A stretch of 64,000 nt of DNA, from positions 62,001 to 126,000 of the forward strand of contig JAQGDQ010002377.1 of NCBI GenBank assembly GCA_030141605.1, given 5' to 3'. Within the stretch, counting starts at the first letter, position 1, and every line of letters starts with the position of its first letter. Positions 52,901 to 64,000 of this stretch are shown here, piece after piece. This DNA comes from Tubiluchus corallicola. Taxonomy: Eukaryota; Animalia; Priapulida. The translations under genes and the position numbers were made by a program. The notes beneath the pieces are model-generated. The model ran no database searches. It was not told the DNA's origin and was given only the letters and a program-made list of their open reading frames with translations.

Positions 52901-55900
52901 AGTGACAGAGAGTGAAGCTTTGGTACAGTTTATAGGCTACCTAATTTTAACATTTTTTAGTGTCAGGCAACATGGTTGTATTTGGAACCTATCTTTAGTT
53001 CTGCCGACATTTTGGCTCAAATGCCGAACGAAGGACGGTTATTTACCAAAGTGGATCGCTATTGGAGAGATATCATGACAAAAGCGGTAACTTAATTCAA
53101 TTAGCATTTTTTCTTTCATATTGAAGATTTTTGCTTGTTATTATGATATTCTGTGACTTGAATATTTAAGGAGTTTTTCAAGAGCTCGAACATTTGCATT
53201 GAAATTAATAAACTTTTCATTTAAGTTTATTTATCTTATTAACCGCTGCCGAAGCGTAAACACATTATTGGTGCAAATTTGTGTCCATGACCTTCTAATA
53301 CTATTTTTGGTAAAGTAATACCAATAATGTAAGACAATACTGCGATGACCGAGAATGGCTAGAACAAGTAGGATTATTTTACATCACAGTCGACCGACCC
53401 TTTCTTCTTCCATTTTTCGTTTCATAACTTTGTCGGTTCATTTTTATCCATAGTCATCACCAATGTAGGAGAAGCCGTACACTGATTTCTTATTCTTATT
53501 TTGTTAGGCATCCAGTTTTAGCCACCTGCATGCACATAGCATTTAATAAAGTCATAGAGGCATGAAACTTGCCATGTAGACATCTAAAGTAGGGAATCGG
53601 GTCACAGTTTGGTTTAAAAATGCTGGGATTGTTTCTAGGCCTGTAATGATACATCGATGCATTGTGATATCTTTTATCACAATATGCGTATCACCAAAAT
53701 GCGCTCATATCGTGATAACCTAAGTTGATGATATTTGGCTAATTAGCACGTGCTTGACCATATGCTGATAAAAATGATTTGAAGTGATTTAAGCTGCAGC
53801 TATAGAGTGCACTGTAGGTACCTATCAATCAGTGCAGTGAACAGTGTTTTTGCACAGGCACTGCTAACAGCCAAAGTGGTTGAAAATGCAAGGTGCTTAT
53901 TCTGTAATACGCTAGTTTCAATACATGCATATAAACTTGTGAAATGGCAAAGCTGAACCAGAAGCTGCACGAGCAACTTTTAAAACTAAAGTATTGAAAC
54001 GTTTTGCTTTTGTGGCAGCTTACTAATAATAGCCTACACCTTACACAAGTAATAAATGAAAATCAAACAGTTAATTCTGTTATTTTGGCATATATTATCA
54101 ACAGCTTCATCTAGATTTTTTATAAAGTTTGCAAACATTAACTCAGGCATATCATGACATGTATCGCATTGAGAGCTTGATGTATCATTACAGCCCTAAT
54201 TATGGGTCCAAGATAGCAGGTAAAATGTGAAAATACGTATAATCTATTAGTCAATTGATATTTAGTCATAAGCAATTTGCCTTGCACACTGATTAGTCAC
54301 TCGTGACTAAACCCCACTGAACCAAGCATAATTGAGTAATAAACGCTATCATGCTTTCAAATTTAGAAATTCATTCAGTTTTGTTTTACGTTAGGTTGAC
54401 AACACAAATGTGATCAGTTGCACAGGTCAGAAGCACATGAAAGAAAATCTTGACAAGTGTAATGAGTTACTTGATCAGATACAGAAAGGATTGAATAGCT
54501 ATTTGGAGATAAAGCGCTTGTACTTTCCTAGGTAAGTGAAATTAATTCATTCTGAAATGACAACTCTTGTAGACTCTTAGACTCTTGTACATGCTGCAAG
54601 TAGTCTCGTGCTGTTTTTCACATTTTATGTTATTTCATTGTCGCAAATTGACTGCATGCGCTAATGTAATTAAGAATATACATTCGAAGATAAAATTTTC
54701 TGTTTTTATCTCATCTACATGCGTGTGAATTTTTTTCACAAGAACCAAATTGTAGAAAGAGTTATGTCAATGTGCAATAGCCGAAGTGATTAAAAGATTA
54801 CATATACAATTAATACAAAATGTCAGACTTTAAAACTCCTTACATTGATTCCCTTTTATGCAAAATGAGCTCATGATTGGTTAATTTGTTACAACTTGAA
54901 GTTCAGATTAAAGTAACACATCTCGAAAATTATTGAAATTTTCATGAATGATTGATTGACAGCAGAAGTAGTGGTAACTAGAAATGTCACAACTTTGAAT
55001 GCTGTTTAAAAACACAATATTCACTTTAATACTAAGAAAACTAAATTTATATTTTTTTGCCCATGCATATTTCAGAATATTAGTCTGGGTGTGCTTTTTC
55101 TATATGGCAATGCAGTTTACTTGAGTACACATGAAAAGTACCTGTGATATGTCTTGTGCACTGACAAGAATGACAACACTGACATTCAAAACCAGACAAT
55201 ATTATTTTATATTCATTTAGATTTGCTCATTATGGAATTCCGTGTTGCTCGTATAATTTGAAAGTTACTTAAATGTTATTGTAAAAATTATTATGGCTTT
55301 TCACTTTGGAACAATTTCATAATGATGTGTTAAATACTCTAAGGGTAATAATGGCATTCGTAAACTATTTTTGCTTGGGTCTGATGGCAGTGCATCTACT
55401 TTGTGTGATAACCTTGGTCTGCAAAATTTCTTGCAATTTGAGAAGAAAATGCTACTATAGTTTAAGACAACGAATTCTTACTTCCAAAAATAATTTTTTC
55501 ACTTTATTGTAAATTCAGAAGTATATTTTAGATTGAAATTTTTTTAAATTGTGGAATACAGTCTTAAATTTATGGTAGATAACATTGTAAATTTTATATC
55601 TCATTTTGTCTCATTTAGTCTCATTTTGTATAAATTGACTTTGGTATTTTTAGTGTAGTTTTCTGTTTATGATTGTATATAAATTTTAATTGTATTTCAT
55701 TATGGCTTTTGTTGAAATAAATAGTAATCAATCAAACACCCAGAAACAGGTAACTTCTGATGCTGCAAACTCTTCTCATTTTTTGGCCATCCGGTTTCTT
55801 ATCTCTTGAAATGTGAGAAGAATTGCAGTTATCACGATACACAGTACAAGACTGTGTTCCTACAAAGCCCAATTAATATATATTCTGTTTCAAATTTTTA

Positions 55901-58900
55901 TTATGCTGTCATTTTCCCTATGTAATCCTAAACTGGATGCACACTTTAGATTCTTCTTTCTGTCCAATGACGAGCTGTTAGAGATACTGAGTGAAACAAA
56001 AGATCCCTTACGAGTGCAACCTCATTTGAAGAAATGTTTTGAGGGTATCAGCAAGCTTGAATTCAATGAAAATCTAGAGATTGTAGCCATGATATCAGCT
56101 GAAGATGAAAGAGTTAGACTCACAAAGAAGATCAATCCAGCTGCTGCTAAGGTATTTTGGGTTTATTTGCTATTATTTCCCCTTCACTCAATTCACACAA
56201 TTCAGTTCCAGAAATGCTATAAAAATTTGCTGGCAAATTCTTAAATAAATTGCTTGGTATGTAGTAATTTTATCAATATAATGGCAGCAAACAACAGATA
56301 ATTTTTAAAATTTTGTTTACTATGTTTTGTTTACTAGCAGCACGCTTCTTTTGCTTTTATCTGCACACTTGGTTAGCTCTTAAATGTGTTTTTGGTGGAC
56401 ATTATTTACAAAATTACAGCAATTTTTTTCATACGGCAAAGTAAATAGCCAAGTCTGTGTTTTGCATGAATGGTTCAGGTTGTGGCTCTCAGAAGGATGG
56501 TATATGCACCCGAACATGGCTAAGACACCTCTGCTAGGACAGTGGATAATCTTATAGGGTTATCCTTGATAATAAGCCAGGTTCCAGTCTTGCCACAAAC
56601 ATCTGTGTTGAGTAGTATGTCATTGAGTGCAGGATTTTGGCTTGCAGTGCATTTAAGTGTATGAAAACTTGCTTCAGTTGACTGCTGGAATTTGCTTATC
56701 CTAATATGGTAATTAAATGCTTTTTTCAGGGTATGGTGGAGAAATGGCTTCTCAAAGTTGAAACCAGAATGATTGCTTGTCTGCAAAAGGTAAACTATAC
56801 ATGTTAAACACTGGGCTCGCAGCACGTGCTGCAGATTTCTCTAAAGGGAACTGAGAATCGCTGGGAAAGCTAAACATTTCAAAATTCAGCATAAATTAAG
56901 TTATTTTAAAAGAGATATAAAGAACAGAACAGTTTGACTCCTGAAATTATAAGGAGATAATTGAGTTTCGTAGCGGCTGAGAATGCTGTAAATAATTACT
57001 CATTCATATTCGTGCATGTCATATCTGTGTCAGTACTATTTTCAATCAAAAAAGTTTAGCTTCTTATAAAGAAATTCCAATAATATAATTGTGTGGCTTG
57101 TGTCGTGTAATCTGAAAACAAATAAGAGAATTTCATGTAATTTTGTTCAATTTTTACTGAGATGTTTATGCCAAATGGTTCTACTTTACTTTGTGTAAAT
57201 TACAAAATCTAATTATTGACTAATCACTCTAATTATTCTAATAAACAAAGGTTTAAGATTTAAGAAACTAATTAATCAACTTACATGGTGATCTTCTATA
57301 AGTGTATTTATGAAATTATAACTCACTGAATACCGCTAAACAATGTACAACTGCATTGTGGGTGACCTAAATCCACGGGTAGCCATTTACAGGTAAGAGG
57401 TTGATCAACCTTAAAGGAAACCAGTTTAAAACAGAGAACAGGGGGGCCAATGTGAATTCAAGCTTAAATCAACCCAGTTACATTTTTGAAACAGCACTGT
57501 GAAGCATTTAATTGGCAAATATATAAACATACAGGTGCTTTGCTGGGCCAAGGATTCATATAGGACGACTCCACGCATTAAGTGGGTGTTGGACTGGCCT
57601 GGTCAAATAGTTCTCTGTGCTAGCAATATGTTTTGGACTGCTGATGTTACGAAAGCTTTTGAGACTCGAACAGGTTTAGAGGTAAAGATACCGTTGATAA
57701 TTAACATTTTTGGTGACCTCATTAATTTATACCTTGGCAGTATAATAGTATTGGCTGTTGGTGTGCAAAAGTGTCATGCCGATCGAATGCAATGCAATTA
57801 AATTTAACTGTATTTAGTGTGATGGATATATTTCTAAAGTCCGATGGGAGGTGGCGTCGTTAAGTGAGGGCTTACTGTACTGTGTTAGGATTAGGCTGTT
57901 ACACAAACAATTTTTAGCAGATAATAGATAATAATAAACCTCAAAAAGCTCTTATTAAACTAAAAGCAATAGTACAGTGAGATCTTCTCCTTAGAAAATC
58001 ATGATAACTTCTTTTATCAGGTAATGCTTTGCGTCCTGATTGGAATCTTTCATTAAATCAAGTTTTGTTCGGTGTTACATTTCAATATTCTTTTGGTGTG
58101 AATTTTGCTCTTACTGTCTGGCTGATGCAATAATTCCGAATATCTCTAGGACTACCTGAAAATCTGCTGCTCTCAGATAAATGACATTGTCACTCTGGTT
58201 CGCGGAAATCTTTCATCTGGTGCAAGAATTACTCTGGGAGCTTTAATCATCATTGACGTTCACGGTGAGTTTTCAGTTTCTTGACTGTATTACCCCTCCA
58301 GTTATTGTAGCATTTTGTAATATTTTTGTGCTATGTCCTTGGTCAGTACTTTTTCGATGACAAATGTGTAACTGTAGGGATGTTGCGAGCGGTGTTATGT
58401 CACCTCCACAGTTGATTATAATTATTGATGTGGTACTTATCTGAAAAATTACTACCCACCCCTTTAAATAATGCCCTTTTAACATTAACTTGTCAATTTC
58501 TTAATAATTAGTAATTTGAAATATTTTAAACCTAATTAATGTGCTTATAGCAGGGATTATTTTCTACTTGGGCAGATGAATATAAAATGTGGAGAACAAG
58601 AAGCAAGTTGCAATTACTGCTAAGATTAAGCTTTTTGTTTTAATTGTGAAATTTATACCTTTACTTTGTTTGTCTATGACAAACTAATGAGAAAGAGAAT
58701 ATAACACGCAACTTCAGGGAGAATATTTATATCGAAATTAAACTAATACAGCTAGATTTTAACAACATTATTACTTATTTATAGAAATTGTGTTTTTGTT
58801 CGTATAGCCCGAGATGTAGTTGCACAGCTTGCAAAGGACAATGTTGCTAGCGCTACAGATTTCAAGTGGATTTGCCAGCTGCGGTATTATATGGAAGAAG

Positions 58901-61900
58901 AAAAGTGCATAGTGCGCATGATCACTACTAGTGTTGCTTATGGTTATGAATATTTGGGCAATTCAAGTCGTCTAGTTATTACACCACTTACTGACCGTTG
59001 CTATCGGTTAGTCTTTATGATTTTTTACATTTGTTATTTATTATGTTCTAGTTTGGATCATATGCTATTTTATGTGTTTGGAGATGCAACGTTAGCGTCC
59101 AAAAAAACTTTGAAGTGTTTTAGAAGAAGTTTGTGATTTGTCAGTGGGTCTTAATTGCTGCAAATTTTTCTCATTAATCTAGATTTTTGGTCTAGATTAT
59201 CTAGAAAAACAGAATAAAACTCGTAACGGTGTACATTGAAAAGTAGCAGTGCACGTTGAAAAGTAGCAGTGTACGTTATAAAGTAGTAGTGCACGTTGAA
59301 AAGTAACAGTGTACATTCAAAAGTAGCAGTGTACGCTGAAAAGTAACAGTGTACATTGAAAAGCAGCAGTGCACGTTGAAAAGTAGCAGTGTACGTTGAA
59401 AAGTAACAGTGTACATTGAAAAGTAGCAGTGCACGTTGAAAAGTAACAGTGTACATTGAAAAATAAGAGTTAAAGTTGAAAAGTAGCAGTATACTTTTGC
59501 AGGACACTAATGGGTGCATTGAGATTGAATCTAGGCGGAGCGCCAGAAGGTCCCGCCGGAACTGGAAAGACTGAAACTTGCAAAGACTTGGCAAAAGCTG
59601 TTGCTAAACAGGTCTGTAGTGAAACAAATTTTTTTGATGGGGCACATCGTTTTTTTCTCACTTTTTTTGTAGAACTTTTAACAATAATCATGCATTTAAT
59701 TATCACCAGCACTTTTTTGTTTGCCCAGCTTGACATTTGTGGTGCACTAATGCCTTTTCTATCACTAGTGTGTGGTTTTTAACTGTTCTGAGGGCTTGGA
59801 TTACAAAGCCATGGGAAAGTTCTTTAAGGGTTTAGCACAGGCTGGAGCATGGTCGTGCTTTGATGAGTTCAATCGCATTGAACTGGAAGTGTTATCGGTT
59901 ATTGCTCAACAGATTTACAGTATTCAGCAAGCTAAGACGTATGAGTGTCGCACGTTTGTTTTTGAAGGTATTGCACTTGATTCTTTTAGATTTTCTGTTT
60001 GTCATCCTTTTTTACTACATTTTGCATAATTATAGCCTGCAATCACCTGCCTCATCCCTGGTCAAATATCGCTAGAAACATTTGTATAAACGTATACATA
60101 AACAAATCAGAACACTAAAAAATGTGTAAAAACACTTGTGTATGCAATAGAAAATAAAATGAACTGCATAACATACTTTGTGTTATAAACAGGCACCGAG
60201 ATTTCCTTGGATCCTAGCTGCAATGTGTTTATAACAATGAACCCTGGATATGCAGGAAGACAAGAACTTCCAGATAATCTAAAGGTAGGACATGAAATTT
60301 TAGAATGAGCATTCCAGAAAATTATCTTGGATTTGTAATTTGAGAAGCTCTAACCTTTCCCGAATGTGCAAGTTGTATCAATATTTTTGTGTGCAGTTTC
60401 ATTTACACACCTTTAGGCTTTTTGGAATAGGATAAGTTAGTAAAGTAGTCTAAGATTTTTGTTTATGATCAGGAATACTTGTTATATGATATATGCAACA
60501 AAGTTACCAAAAGTGTGTATCTTTACTTTCTTGTTAGTTCCATGTTTGTGTCAGACAAATGTTTATTTTCCCATGTCAGACAAATGTTTATTTTCCCATG
60601 TCAGACAAATGTTTATTTTCCCAAACCAAAACTGTTTTTATCTAGGTTTTGTTTCGCACGGTGGCTATGATGGTACCGGACTATGCACTGATTGGCGAGA
60701 TTTCACTCTATTCTCTTGGATTTGTTGATTCTTTTAGGTATTACTAGTATTAGAATTATATTTGTATACGTTGGATGGATCATATACATTTCTAGTATTT
60801 TGGTGCTTTTCGTGTTTTTTAATGTTAAAAAACTTCCGAAAGTTGACGATTTTCATTTTTATTTTGAATTTATGTACATGTGCCACTTCTTGCATCTTTC
60901 TGCAGGTTTCCTTAACCTTTCCTCTCTACAAATTTTCTTAGTGCTGTTTTTTCCTGTACAAGACCTGATAACCCCATATTTACTTTCTTCAGTTTGTCAG
61001 GTAAAATAGTCGCTACATACAGACTATGCTCAGAGCAGCTGTCCTCTCAGCATCACTATGACTACGGGATGCGTGCTGTGAAAGCGGTGCTGACTGCCGC
61101 CGGTAATTTGAAGCTAGCTTACCCTGATCAAGATGAAGCCATTCTTGTACTCAGAGCAATTAATGATGTCAACCTTCCTAAGTTTTTGGCACAGGTTTGA
61201 ATTTCGAAGCAATTTAACTAACTCTAATTTGCTCTGACATGGCGTGTTTTTTACACAACAGTATCCGACTGTTCCTGAGAGTAAATCCATGAGACTTTAC
61301 CAAGTATTACGTATAAAGTATTACATATATTTGCAATATATGTGTGTGTATGTGTGTGTGTGCGTGGGTGGGTGTTTGCCTGCCTGCTGCATGGGTGCGT
61401 GCGTGCATGCATGTGTGTAATTTAAAATTTGTGTACAATTGTGCTTAATTAACTAGTGACATTTTGTTTTTGAGGATGTGCCACTATTCAAAGGAATCAT
61501 ATCAGATTTATTTCCTGGTATCGAACTTCCTGCACCGGATTACGACTTGTTGCTTAAAGCGATTCATCACAATCTTGCAAAGCTCAACTTGCAAGCTACG
61601 CCATGGTTTGTCACCAAAATTATTCAGGTAACTGCTGCTAATCCAAATATATTGAATGCAGATTATGTATTCAAGAAGAATGAATGGGCAATTTCGAGAA
61701 TAGATAGATCTTTGATGTTTAATGTCAAGCTCCTGACTACATGTTCTCACAACTTTTTATGCTTACAACTCTTTTTGTTGTTTCATAGTCTTTTACGAAA
61801 TTTTTCTTTGGCACAGGTTGTAAATTACAAATTTCTGTTTTATTCAAGTTATCATTCAGAATACAGAATAAGTCATTTAGTACAATAGAAAAAAATCACT

Positions 61901-62275
61901 ATTATGTTTGCACCAGAAGGTGCAAATATAGCTGGTGATTTGATAATGAGGATTTAGATTGGGGTAAATTTCACATTACTTGTGCAATAAGCATGCATGA
62001 TATAATTTTCTTTCTTTGACAGATTTATGAGACAATTTCAGTGCGACATGGATTAATGATAGTCGGGGAAACCATGGGAGGTAAAACCAGCGCGTATAAA
62101 ATCTTAGCCCTGGCTCTTTCTGACATCGACAGCAAAAGATTGTCGTATGAAACACCCCGTAGTTCACTGCGATTTGATGAATGTGATGTTCAGTATAGCA
62201 TAATCAACCCAAAGGCTATTACTATTGGACAGCTGTATGGATGTTTTGATCCAGTGTCACATGAATGGACTGATG
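12586..62275 (+). CDS. DNAH3: Axonemal inner-arm dynein heavy chain, DNAH3-like; N-terminus through AAA2, continues beyond the window
   Basis: Phase-consistent exons: 12586-12600 (MDPKK, tentative), 19758-19886, 21550-21821, 22654-22774, 23080-23269, 23691-23766, 24825-24944, 25848-25973, 34268-34463, 35250-35429, 35666-35805, 40507-40612, 41203-41381, 42002-42095, 45686-45776, 46264-46454, 47391-47622, 48289-48474, 49913-50030, 50330-50444, 51972-52142, 52961-53086, 54395-54531, 55950-56151, 56730-56789, 57535-57681, 58150-58264, 58808-59006, 59503-59611, 59769-59967, 60193-60284, 60646-60737, 60993-61194, 61475-61627, 62023-62275. N-terminal [25 protein letters not shown] and VIRAPVPWH, plus AAA2 P-loop GETMGGKT, match my recollection of DNAH3 rather than DNAH7 or DNAH12. 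Confidence 0.9.
13982..14192 (-). repeat. Gypsy 3' LTR (211 bp)
   Basis: Direct repeat of 18475-18689, differing by a handful of substitutions and a 4-bp indel. Confidence 0.97.
14307..17288 (-). pseudogene. pol: Gypsy pol (end of protease, RT, RNase H, integrase); frameshift/stop at ~14645
   Basis: [54 protein letters not shown], integrase HHCC and D,D,E (GSDL, RSDN, KVEN). The C-terminal tail ([13 protein letters not shown]) is in ORF 14307..14639. Confidence 0.93.
17294..18364 (-). CDS. gag: Gypsy gag plus N-terminal half of the protease
   Basis: W.KF...W N-terminus, IRDRIVLG, two zinc knuckles ([23 protein letters not shown]), aspartic protease motif FQIDCGAS. Confidence 0.92.
   Translation of the reverse strand: MADGEGHIQVTSPYSVLPAPPRLDLHGNLAVKWRKFRRMWDNYEVALKLNEANYAVRTATLLTVLGPECVEIFDGLEFENEADKTNVAMVLQKFEAFCVGETNETYKRYCFNKRDQNPRETIDAYVSSLRTLAKRCNYGNLTDSLIRDRIVLGITDNITRKRLLQESKLTLSSCITICRSFAESASQLKNIKAEQASYSEQVQAVKPKTNKGSASKATGTKKKVIDCHFCGRKHEWDKNKCPAYGKTCNICHGKNHFQSMCKSRGRTDTRAKSFPSRRSQIVFDMANCEEQSNEHAIGTVTHTVHDAEQCTTQQPQIYSEWLMAGTPTIFQIDCGASINIIPERLVPHHLCDKLLL
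18475..18689 (-). repeat. Gypsy 5' LTR (215 bp)
   Basis: Direct repeat of 13982-14192; adjacent to the PBS. Confidence 0.97.
19758..25973 (+). CDS. DNAH3: DNAH3-like N-terminal exons 2-8
   Basis: LPPIPK..SPLYK | [26 protein letters not shown] | RPMSP | RYCYYINEG | VDYILMD | [12 protein letters not shown] | LRFV. All splice in frame. Confidence 0.85.
21978..22165 (+). mobile_element. TTAGGG-containing miniature element, copy 1
   Basis: TTTACAATTCC...GGAATTGTAAAC inverted repeats around a degenerate (TTAGGG)n core. Homologous to 33508-33654 and 40783-41176. Confidence 0.8.
26723..28596 (-). mobile_element. Internally deleted Ty1/copia LTR element (GalEa-like), 1.87 kb
   Basis: TG..CA LTRs at 26723-26849 and 28477-28596; TAAC on both flanks; PBS TGGCAGCAGAG. 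Remnants of gag ([11 protein letters not shown]), protease (DIPLLLSK), RT ([16 protein letters not shown]) and the RNase H end ([11 protein letters not shown], duplicated as a 47-bp tandem at ~27168-27263). Confidence 0.85.
28760..28966 (-). mobile_element. Second fragment of the copia gag 5' region
   Basis: ~28897-28965 aligns with ~28356-28425 (GTGTC.TATGC.TCC..ACTAA, GATTTTTGTAGTTTCC.GCC..CTTAAAAATTTAT). Confidence 0.6.
29150..32125 (+). pseudogene. Decayed multi-exon DNA transposase-like gene (resembles the DUF6729-associated family) in dynein intron 8
   Basis: [18 protein letters not shown] (~29320); KLAGAAAGT...[16 protein letters not shown] (~31555); LLYVNRDC; [17 protein letters not shown]; [10 protein letters not shown]; [10 protein letters not shown]. 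Contains stops and frameshifts. Confidence 0.7.
32778..32900 (+). mobile_element. tRNA-derived SINE
   Basis: A-box-like TAGCGCACCTGG and B-box GGTTCAAATCC, but no pairing acceptor stem. The body CACAATTTTT..TCCTT is also seen at ~49480-49600. Similar heads on the minus strand at ~20200-20300 and ~42220-42295. Confidence 0.6.
33275..33803 (+). mobile_element. hAT-like MITE rich in TTCGAA motifs, copy 1 (contains a nested TTAGGG element)
   Basis: Ends TAGGAGGTGAGCATT and AATGCTCATCTCTA. A reverse-orientation copy lies at ~35820-36210. Confidence 0.7.
33508..33654 (+). mobile_element. TTAGGG-containing miniature element, copy 2
   Basis: GTTTACAATTCCCCACAC / GTGTGGGGAATTTTAAAC inverted repeats (17/18). 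Absent from the paralogous host MITE at ~36018. Confidence 0.85.
33915..34066. mobile_element. Tc1/pogo-type MITE end
   Basis: Repeated GCATTATAA subterminal motifs, ending GGAGGTTTTACTG-TA. Confidence 0.5.
35820..36210 (-). mobile_element. hAT-like TTCGAA MITE, copy 2
   Basis: TCTGGTAGAGAATGCTCACC is the reverse complement of the copy 1 left end; interior is collinear. Confidence 0.7.
36640..38950 (+). pseudogene. Heavily decayed non-LTR retrotransposon ORF2 (RT and C-terminal Cys motif)
   Basis: Strongly A-rich plus strand. Remnants [54 protein letters not shown]. Confidence 0.8.
39229..39538 (-). mobile_element. Small Penelope-like relic with inverted pLTR-like ends
   Basis: 39229-39250 and 39517-39538 are inverted repeats (21/22). 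The minus strand reads tgcATGAATAtgac..gtcGAAAcattgca..AATAAA. Confidence 0.5.
40783..41176 (-). repeat. Tandem ~195/201-bp duplication containing TTAGGG-element copies 3 and 4
   Basis: Units start at 40783 and 40978 and are near-identical; the second has one extra CCCTAA. Confidence 0.92.
42610..43150 (+). mobile_element. pogo/Tigger-like MITE, copy 1 (internally deleted)
   Basis: TACAGTATCCGTCGTTTA...TTAAGCGGCACCTACTATA. Interior is shared with 43766-44714 and 62576-63567. Confidence 0.7.
43766..44714 (-). mobile_element. pogo/Tigger-like MITE, copy 2
   Basis: TACTGTAGGCGCCGCTTAATAGTCTCA start. 43766-44100 is the reverse complement of ~63220-63566. Confidence 0.8.
46480..46915 (+). mobile_element. 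LINE ORF2 3' fragment
   Basis: [11 protein letters not shown]...IP and [10 protein letters not shown], a C-terminal motif typical of non-LTR elements. Followed by a microsatellite. Confidence 0.6.
46917..47040. repeat. (TA)n/(TATG)n microsatellite
   Basis: Directly visible. Smaller tracts at 19627-19657 (GA), 22955-22978 and 63565-63640 (TA). Confidence 0.95.
47391..58264 (+). CDS. DNAH3: Dynein tail/linker (DHC_N2 region) exons 17-27
   Basis: [91 protein letters not shown]. Confidence 0.93.
48757..48888 (+). repeat. ~130-bp dispersed repeat, second copy at ~50667-50800
   Basis: TGCATATTAAAAAT.TCAATGCCCGAAGAATGCCAGCTAATCACCAATAAATG is shared between introns 18 and 20. Confidence 0.9.
53636..54198. 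mobile_element. hAT-like MITE, 563 bp
   Basis: TIRs TAGGCCTGTAATGATACATC / GATGTATCATTACAGCCCTA (19/20) with subterminal GATAT/CGAT motifs. TSD not recognisable. Confidence 0.75.
58808..62275 (+). CDS. DNAH3: Dynein motor AAA1-AAA2 exons 28-35
   Basis: [20 protein letters not shown], Walker A GPAGTGKT, Walker [66 protein letters not shown]. Confidence 0.97.
59228..59490. repeat. 20-bp minisatellite GT(A/G)C(A/G)TTGAAAAGTA(A/G)CAGT, ~13 copies
   Basis: Directly visible; ends ~12 bp before the acceptor of the AAA1 Walker A exon. Confidence 0.95.
60549..60623. repeat. 25-bp tandem repeat x3 (TGTCAGACAAATGTTTATTTTCCCA)
   Basis: Directly visible; lies just upstream of the acceptor at 60645. Confidence 0.9.
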
Positions 62276-62575
62276 GTAAGTTGTGAAACACACATGCTTT
62301 TCTACTTCAGGCCGACAATAAAATACTTCTATTTTCTACTAATCACATACACGGTCTGGAATTTTATATTTCTTTTGTACGTTCATACACTTACAAAATG
62401 CAATAATTATTATAACATCATTGTTTGGAGAGGCTGCAGCCATGTTTTTCTATGGCTAACTATGCCAGGGTTGCTGTATTGTATGATGCTGATTATTGTA
62501 TTGGAGGCTAAAGAGTATAGTATTTTCCACCAAATGAGCATATTAATGGCCGAGTATATCATATATATATATATA

Positions 62576-63567
62576 TACAGTAGTCACCGCTTAATAGACT
62601 CAATCATTTAATTGAATCAAATAACCCCTCATAATTGATTCGATATTTTGCCTTCACATGCTCAAAAATAAGACACTTTCGTGTGAACTTTAATGACTTT
62701 TTATGTCATTAAAGCTTAGAGTCATAAGCTTTTATGACTTTTATATCATCTTAGTTGGCTTTTTTCCTATAATATACATAGAAACAATCATGTTAAGTAC
62801 CGTTTTGTTTGTAAGCAGGAACATTTAGCTACTTTAGCATACCCTAATTGTATAAGCCTAATGGTTTGCTTTGACCTGCTAGTCCGCTGCAATTAACCTC
62901 ATTACCCAAGAATTCCTAGAAGCTAAACATTTAATCACTTGTTTAGCTGTTTGCTTTTGAAGCTCTGGCAGTCTTTGCCAGAAAGTTTAATAAGTTAGAT
63001 GTTGTTATGCTGTTATGCCAGGGATGCAAATACAGTACAGCAAGTACGTCACAATAGCAAGCTGGAGCTTAAGCCAAGCTACAGACGAAGGTGCGGAGAA
63101 ACACAGGCACCGTCAACAGTTTAAGCATGCCAAGCACCAAGTATTTTATGAGCATTTGTGCATCATGCAACAACAGACTTTCAACATTTTTATCATTTTG
63201 AGAACTTTGTGAGCCAACTTCTTCATGATAAAATAAAGTAGCCGACTTTGAAGGAATTTTTGTAGTTTTTGAAAATAAGTAGACTTGTATGATTTAAGGT
63301 TAAAAAGTACACTTTTTAATTTATTGCTAATTCACTTATATAAATTAATATTTTAAAACATTTTTTCTAACTTTTAACTGCATGAAGGAATTTAGCCATT
63401 ACTTCGTTTCTAAAATTCATTAAAAACCTTTGCAGTGCATAGTAAGCTGATGACTCACACTTTGTACCTGTAATATACTTTACATCCATCGGTTAATAGG
63501 TTCATTCAGTTAATTGGGTCAAAACACGTCGGACCCAAAATGAGTCTATTAAGCAGCGACTACTGTA
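62576..63567 (+). mobile_element. pogo/Tigger-like MITE, copy 3 (~990 bp, both TIRs)
   Basis: CAGTAGTCACCGCTTAATAGACTCA / TGAGTCTATTAAGCAGCGACTACTG (23/25), flanked by (TA)n on both sides. Confidence 0.88.
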
Positions 63568-64000
63568 TATATATATATATATATATATACTACTGTATAT
63601 ATAGTATATATAGTATATATATATATATATATATATACTATAATTATCAGAACATACTGTACTTCATATTATACCAAAAAATGATAATTGATAATTATAT
63701 GGTAATTTAATTGGTAATGCAAAAGAAAAACAAGTGTGAAAGAATCTAGATTGAAAAATTTTAAACATTTTGCTAATCAGTGAAAAATTAGCAAACGGCT
63801 GCCTTGGTGCTTAAAAGAGTAGATGGTAATTGAATGTTAGTTTTTTATCATACTAAAAACACGCCAAATAATTAAATTAACAATTAATATAATTACTAGG
63901 AAAAGTTGGATGTTTTCGGAAGCAAATTCTTGTTCACAAAGTAACTAAAGTGACAATACACTGTTACACTTTTTACTTCAATTATGTATTCAGTAATTGT

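Overview
AT-rich, intron-rich eukaryotic DNA, probably from an invertebrate. From left to right: (1) a 24-bp minisatellite with a 288-bp higher-order period; (2) two intronless rhodopsin-type GPCR genes on the minus strand, apparently nested in an intron of a plus-strand GH31 alpha-glucosidase whose last four exons are at 6357-9326; (3) the 5' part of an axonemal dynein heavy chain gene, best matching DNAH3, with 35 coding exons assembled in phase (12586-62275), a candidate RFX X-box upstream, two GC-AG introns and one GAG acceptor. The introns carry many mobile elements: a full-length but dead Ty3/gypsy element inside a hAT-like element, an internally deleted GalEa-like copia element, a decayed intron-containing DNA transposase gene, LINE and SINE fragments, several MITE families (one carrying TTAGGG repeats), and two small Penelope-like relics with degenerate hammerhead motifs. 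No clearly new biological system is demonstrated; the best leads are listed as findings. All family calls come from motif recognition, not from database searches.
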